A DNA stretch of 64,000 nt from Owenia fusiformis (lineage: Eukaryota), in NCBI GenBank assembly GCA_903813345.2, contig CAIIXF020000001.1, forward strand, positions 15,500,001 to 15,564,000. The letters are read 5' to 3'. A model generated the notes under the pieces. It did no database searches and had not been told where the DNA came from. It worked only from the letters and a program-made list of their open reading frames with translations. Position 1 is the first letter of the stretch; every line of letters begins with the position of its first letter. Positions 62,761 through 64,000 of the stretch are shown here, in pieces. A program made the translations under genes and the position numbers.

Positions 62761-63613
62761 ACACCCTATGCAGACAGAGCCTGTGGGAAATATTGGGTGC
62801 AGCGCAAATGAGCGGAGGGTGCGGAGCTAACGGTCATTTTTGAATTTAAAATTGGGATATTTCTGAAACTACGCCGTTTTGGGACTTCAAATATACCAAG
62901 ATATGTGTATTTGACACCAAATATCAATAAAATTGTGAAAATAGTAGTGCAATTCATTTTATAGCGACGCAGTATGCCTTAAACATTTCCCAGACCTATA
63001 TATTTTGAGACTATCCTTTTAATACTGCGTCCCCAGCATTCATAAAAAATGGTGTTCAAGATACACTACCCATGCAAATTATTATTGCATCTTGGAAGCC
63101 AGGCAGTATCTGTGTGATTTTATAAAAATTCGGAAATGTTCTTCAGATATGAGCCCCCTCTAAATATTGGGTGCGGAGGTACGTTTATGGAGCTCCTCCG
63201 CACCCAATATTTAGAGGGGGCTCATATCTGAAAAACATTTCCGAATTATTATAAAATCACACAGATACTGCCTGGCTTCCAAGATGCAAAAATAATTTGT
63301 ATAGATAGTGTACCTTGAACACCATTTTTTATGAATGCTGGGGACTCAGTATTAAAAGGATAATTTCAAAATATATAGGTCTGGGAAAGGTTTAAGGCAC
63401 ACTGCATTGCTATAGAATGAATTGCGCTTCTATTTTCACAATTGTATTGCTATTTGGTGTCAAATACACATATCTTGGTATATTTGAAGTCCCAAAACGG
63501 CTTAGTTTCAGAAATATCCCAAATTTAAATTCAAAAATGACCGTTAGCTCCGCACCCTCCGCTCATTTGCTCCGCACCCAATATTTCCCACAGGCTCTGT
63601 CTGCATAGGGTGT
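62761..63613. mobile_element. Foldback element: two ~420-bp inverted arms with a ~15-nt loop
   Basis: ACACCCTATGCAGACAGAGCC... mirrored to ...GGCTCTGTCTGCATAGGGTGT; loop ~63180-63194; AAC on both flanks. Confidence 0.95.
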
Positions 63614-63850
63614 AACAAAGGACTTCAAACATTAAATCACTTCACCAAAATAAAATTGAGCTTCAACAAGTTTCAAAATGAAGCTATGGGTCATAATTTC
63701 TAAAGTCATAATAACTTCATCTCAGTTTCTTTTTCTATTCAAATAATGATCTGATAAAATCTGTAGATTCCAAAATGAAACAATCAAATCTTAAATTAAA
63801 TAATTCCAAAGCAATGTCTCATTGATCACATTTATCAAATTTTGCACTGT

Positions 63851-64000
63851 TTACTCAGTAGTGTCTGTATCCATGTATTTGAATATTTTAATCTGGCTTG
63901 TCTCTTCCCCAACCATGATCTGGCCCTCGTTATTCACAGTAATCGACTGAGGGTGCCTCAGGCCATCATCAATGTTGGCCAGGCACGTGATGAATTCTCC
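63851..64000 (-). CDS. C-terminus of an NHL-repeat (TRIM-NHL-like) protein; gene extends beyond the right edge
   Basis: Open frame GEFITCLANIDDGLRHPQSITVNNEGQIMVGEETSQIKIFKYMDTDTTE*, matching the last NHL blade pattern GLxxPxxIxVxxxGxIxVxExxxxIKIF. Confidence 0.75.
   Translation of the reverse strand, partial: GEFITCLANIDDGLRHPQSITVNNEGQIMVGEETSQIKIFKYMDTDTTE

Noticed and set aside
62766-63608. Twin 63-aa ORFs on opposite strands
   Set aside because: Mirror images produced by the foldback arms.

Overview
AT-rich eukaryotic (animal, probably lophotrochozoan invertebrate; taxon is inference) genomic DNA with spliced genes and many transposon relics; no prokaryotic features. Left to right: exon 1 of one GMC oxidoreductase paralog (9..135, -); a complete 11-exon GMC oxidoreductase (2449..21588, -), a recent tandem duplicate carrying a GGCSAHN motif like that of covalently flavinylated GMC enzymes; a 15-exon DCAF17 ortholog (28232..38946, +) with a probable GC-AG intron; a 1528-aa class A GPCR with an intronless CDS whose ~1160-aa ectodomain has a signal peptide, a 20-aa glycosylated tandem repeat and ~16-18 copies of an unrecognised WPF/two-cysteine repeat (40782..45368, -); a 165-aa single-pass membrane protein with five PKA-type sites (52179..52676, +); an intronless MGAT4-family protein with a degenerate catalytic motif (56411..57862, -); and the C-terminus of an NHL-repeat protein (63851..64000, -). 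Three minisatellites each begin at, and resemble, a gene landmark (splice acceptor, splice donor, stop codon). MITEs, Helentron-like elements, mariner relics, a LINE RT fragment, a putative solo LTR and an 853-bp foldback fill non-coding space. Exons were read by eye and homology calls come from recalled family sequences, not searches.
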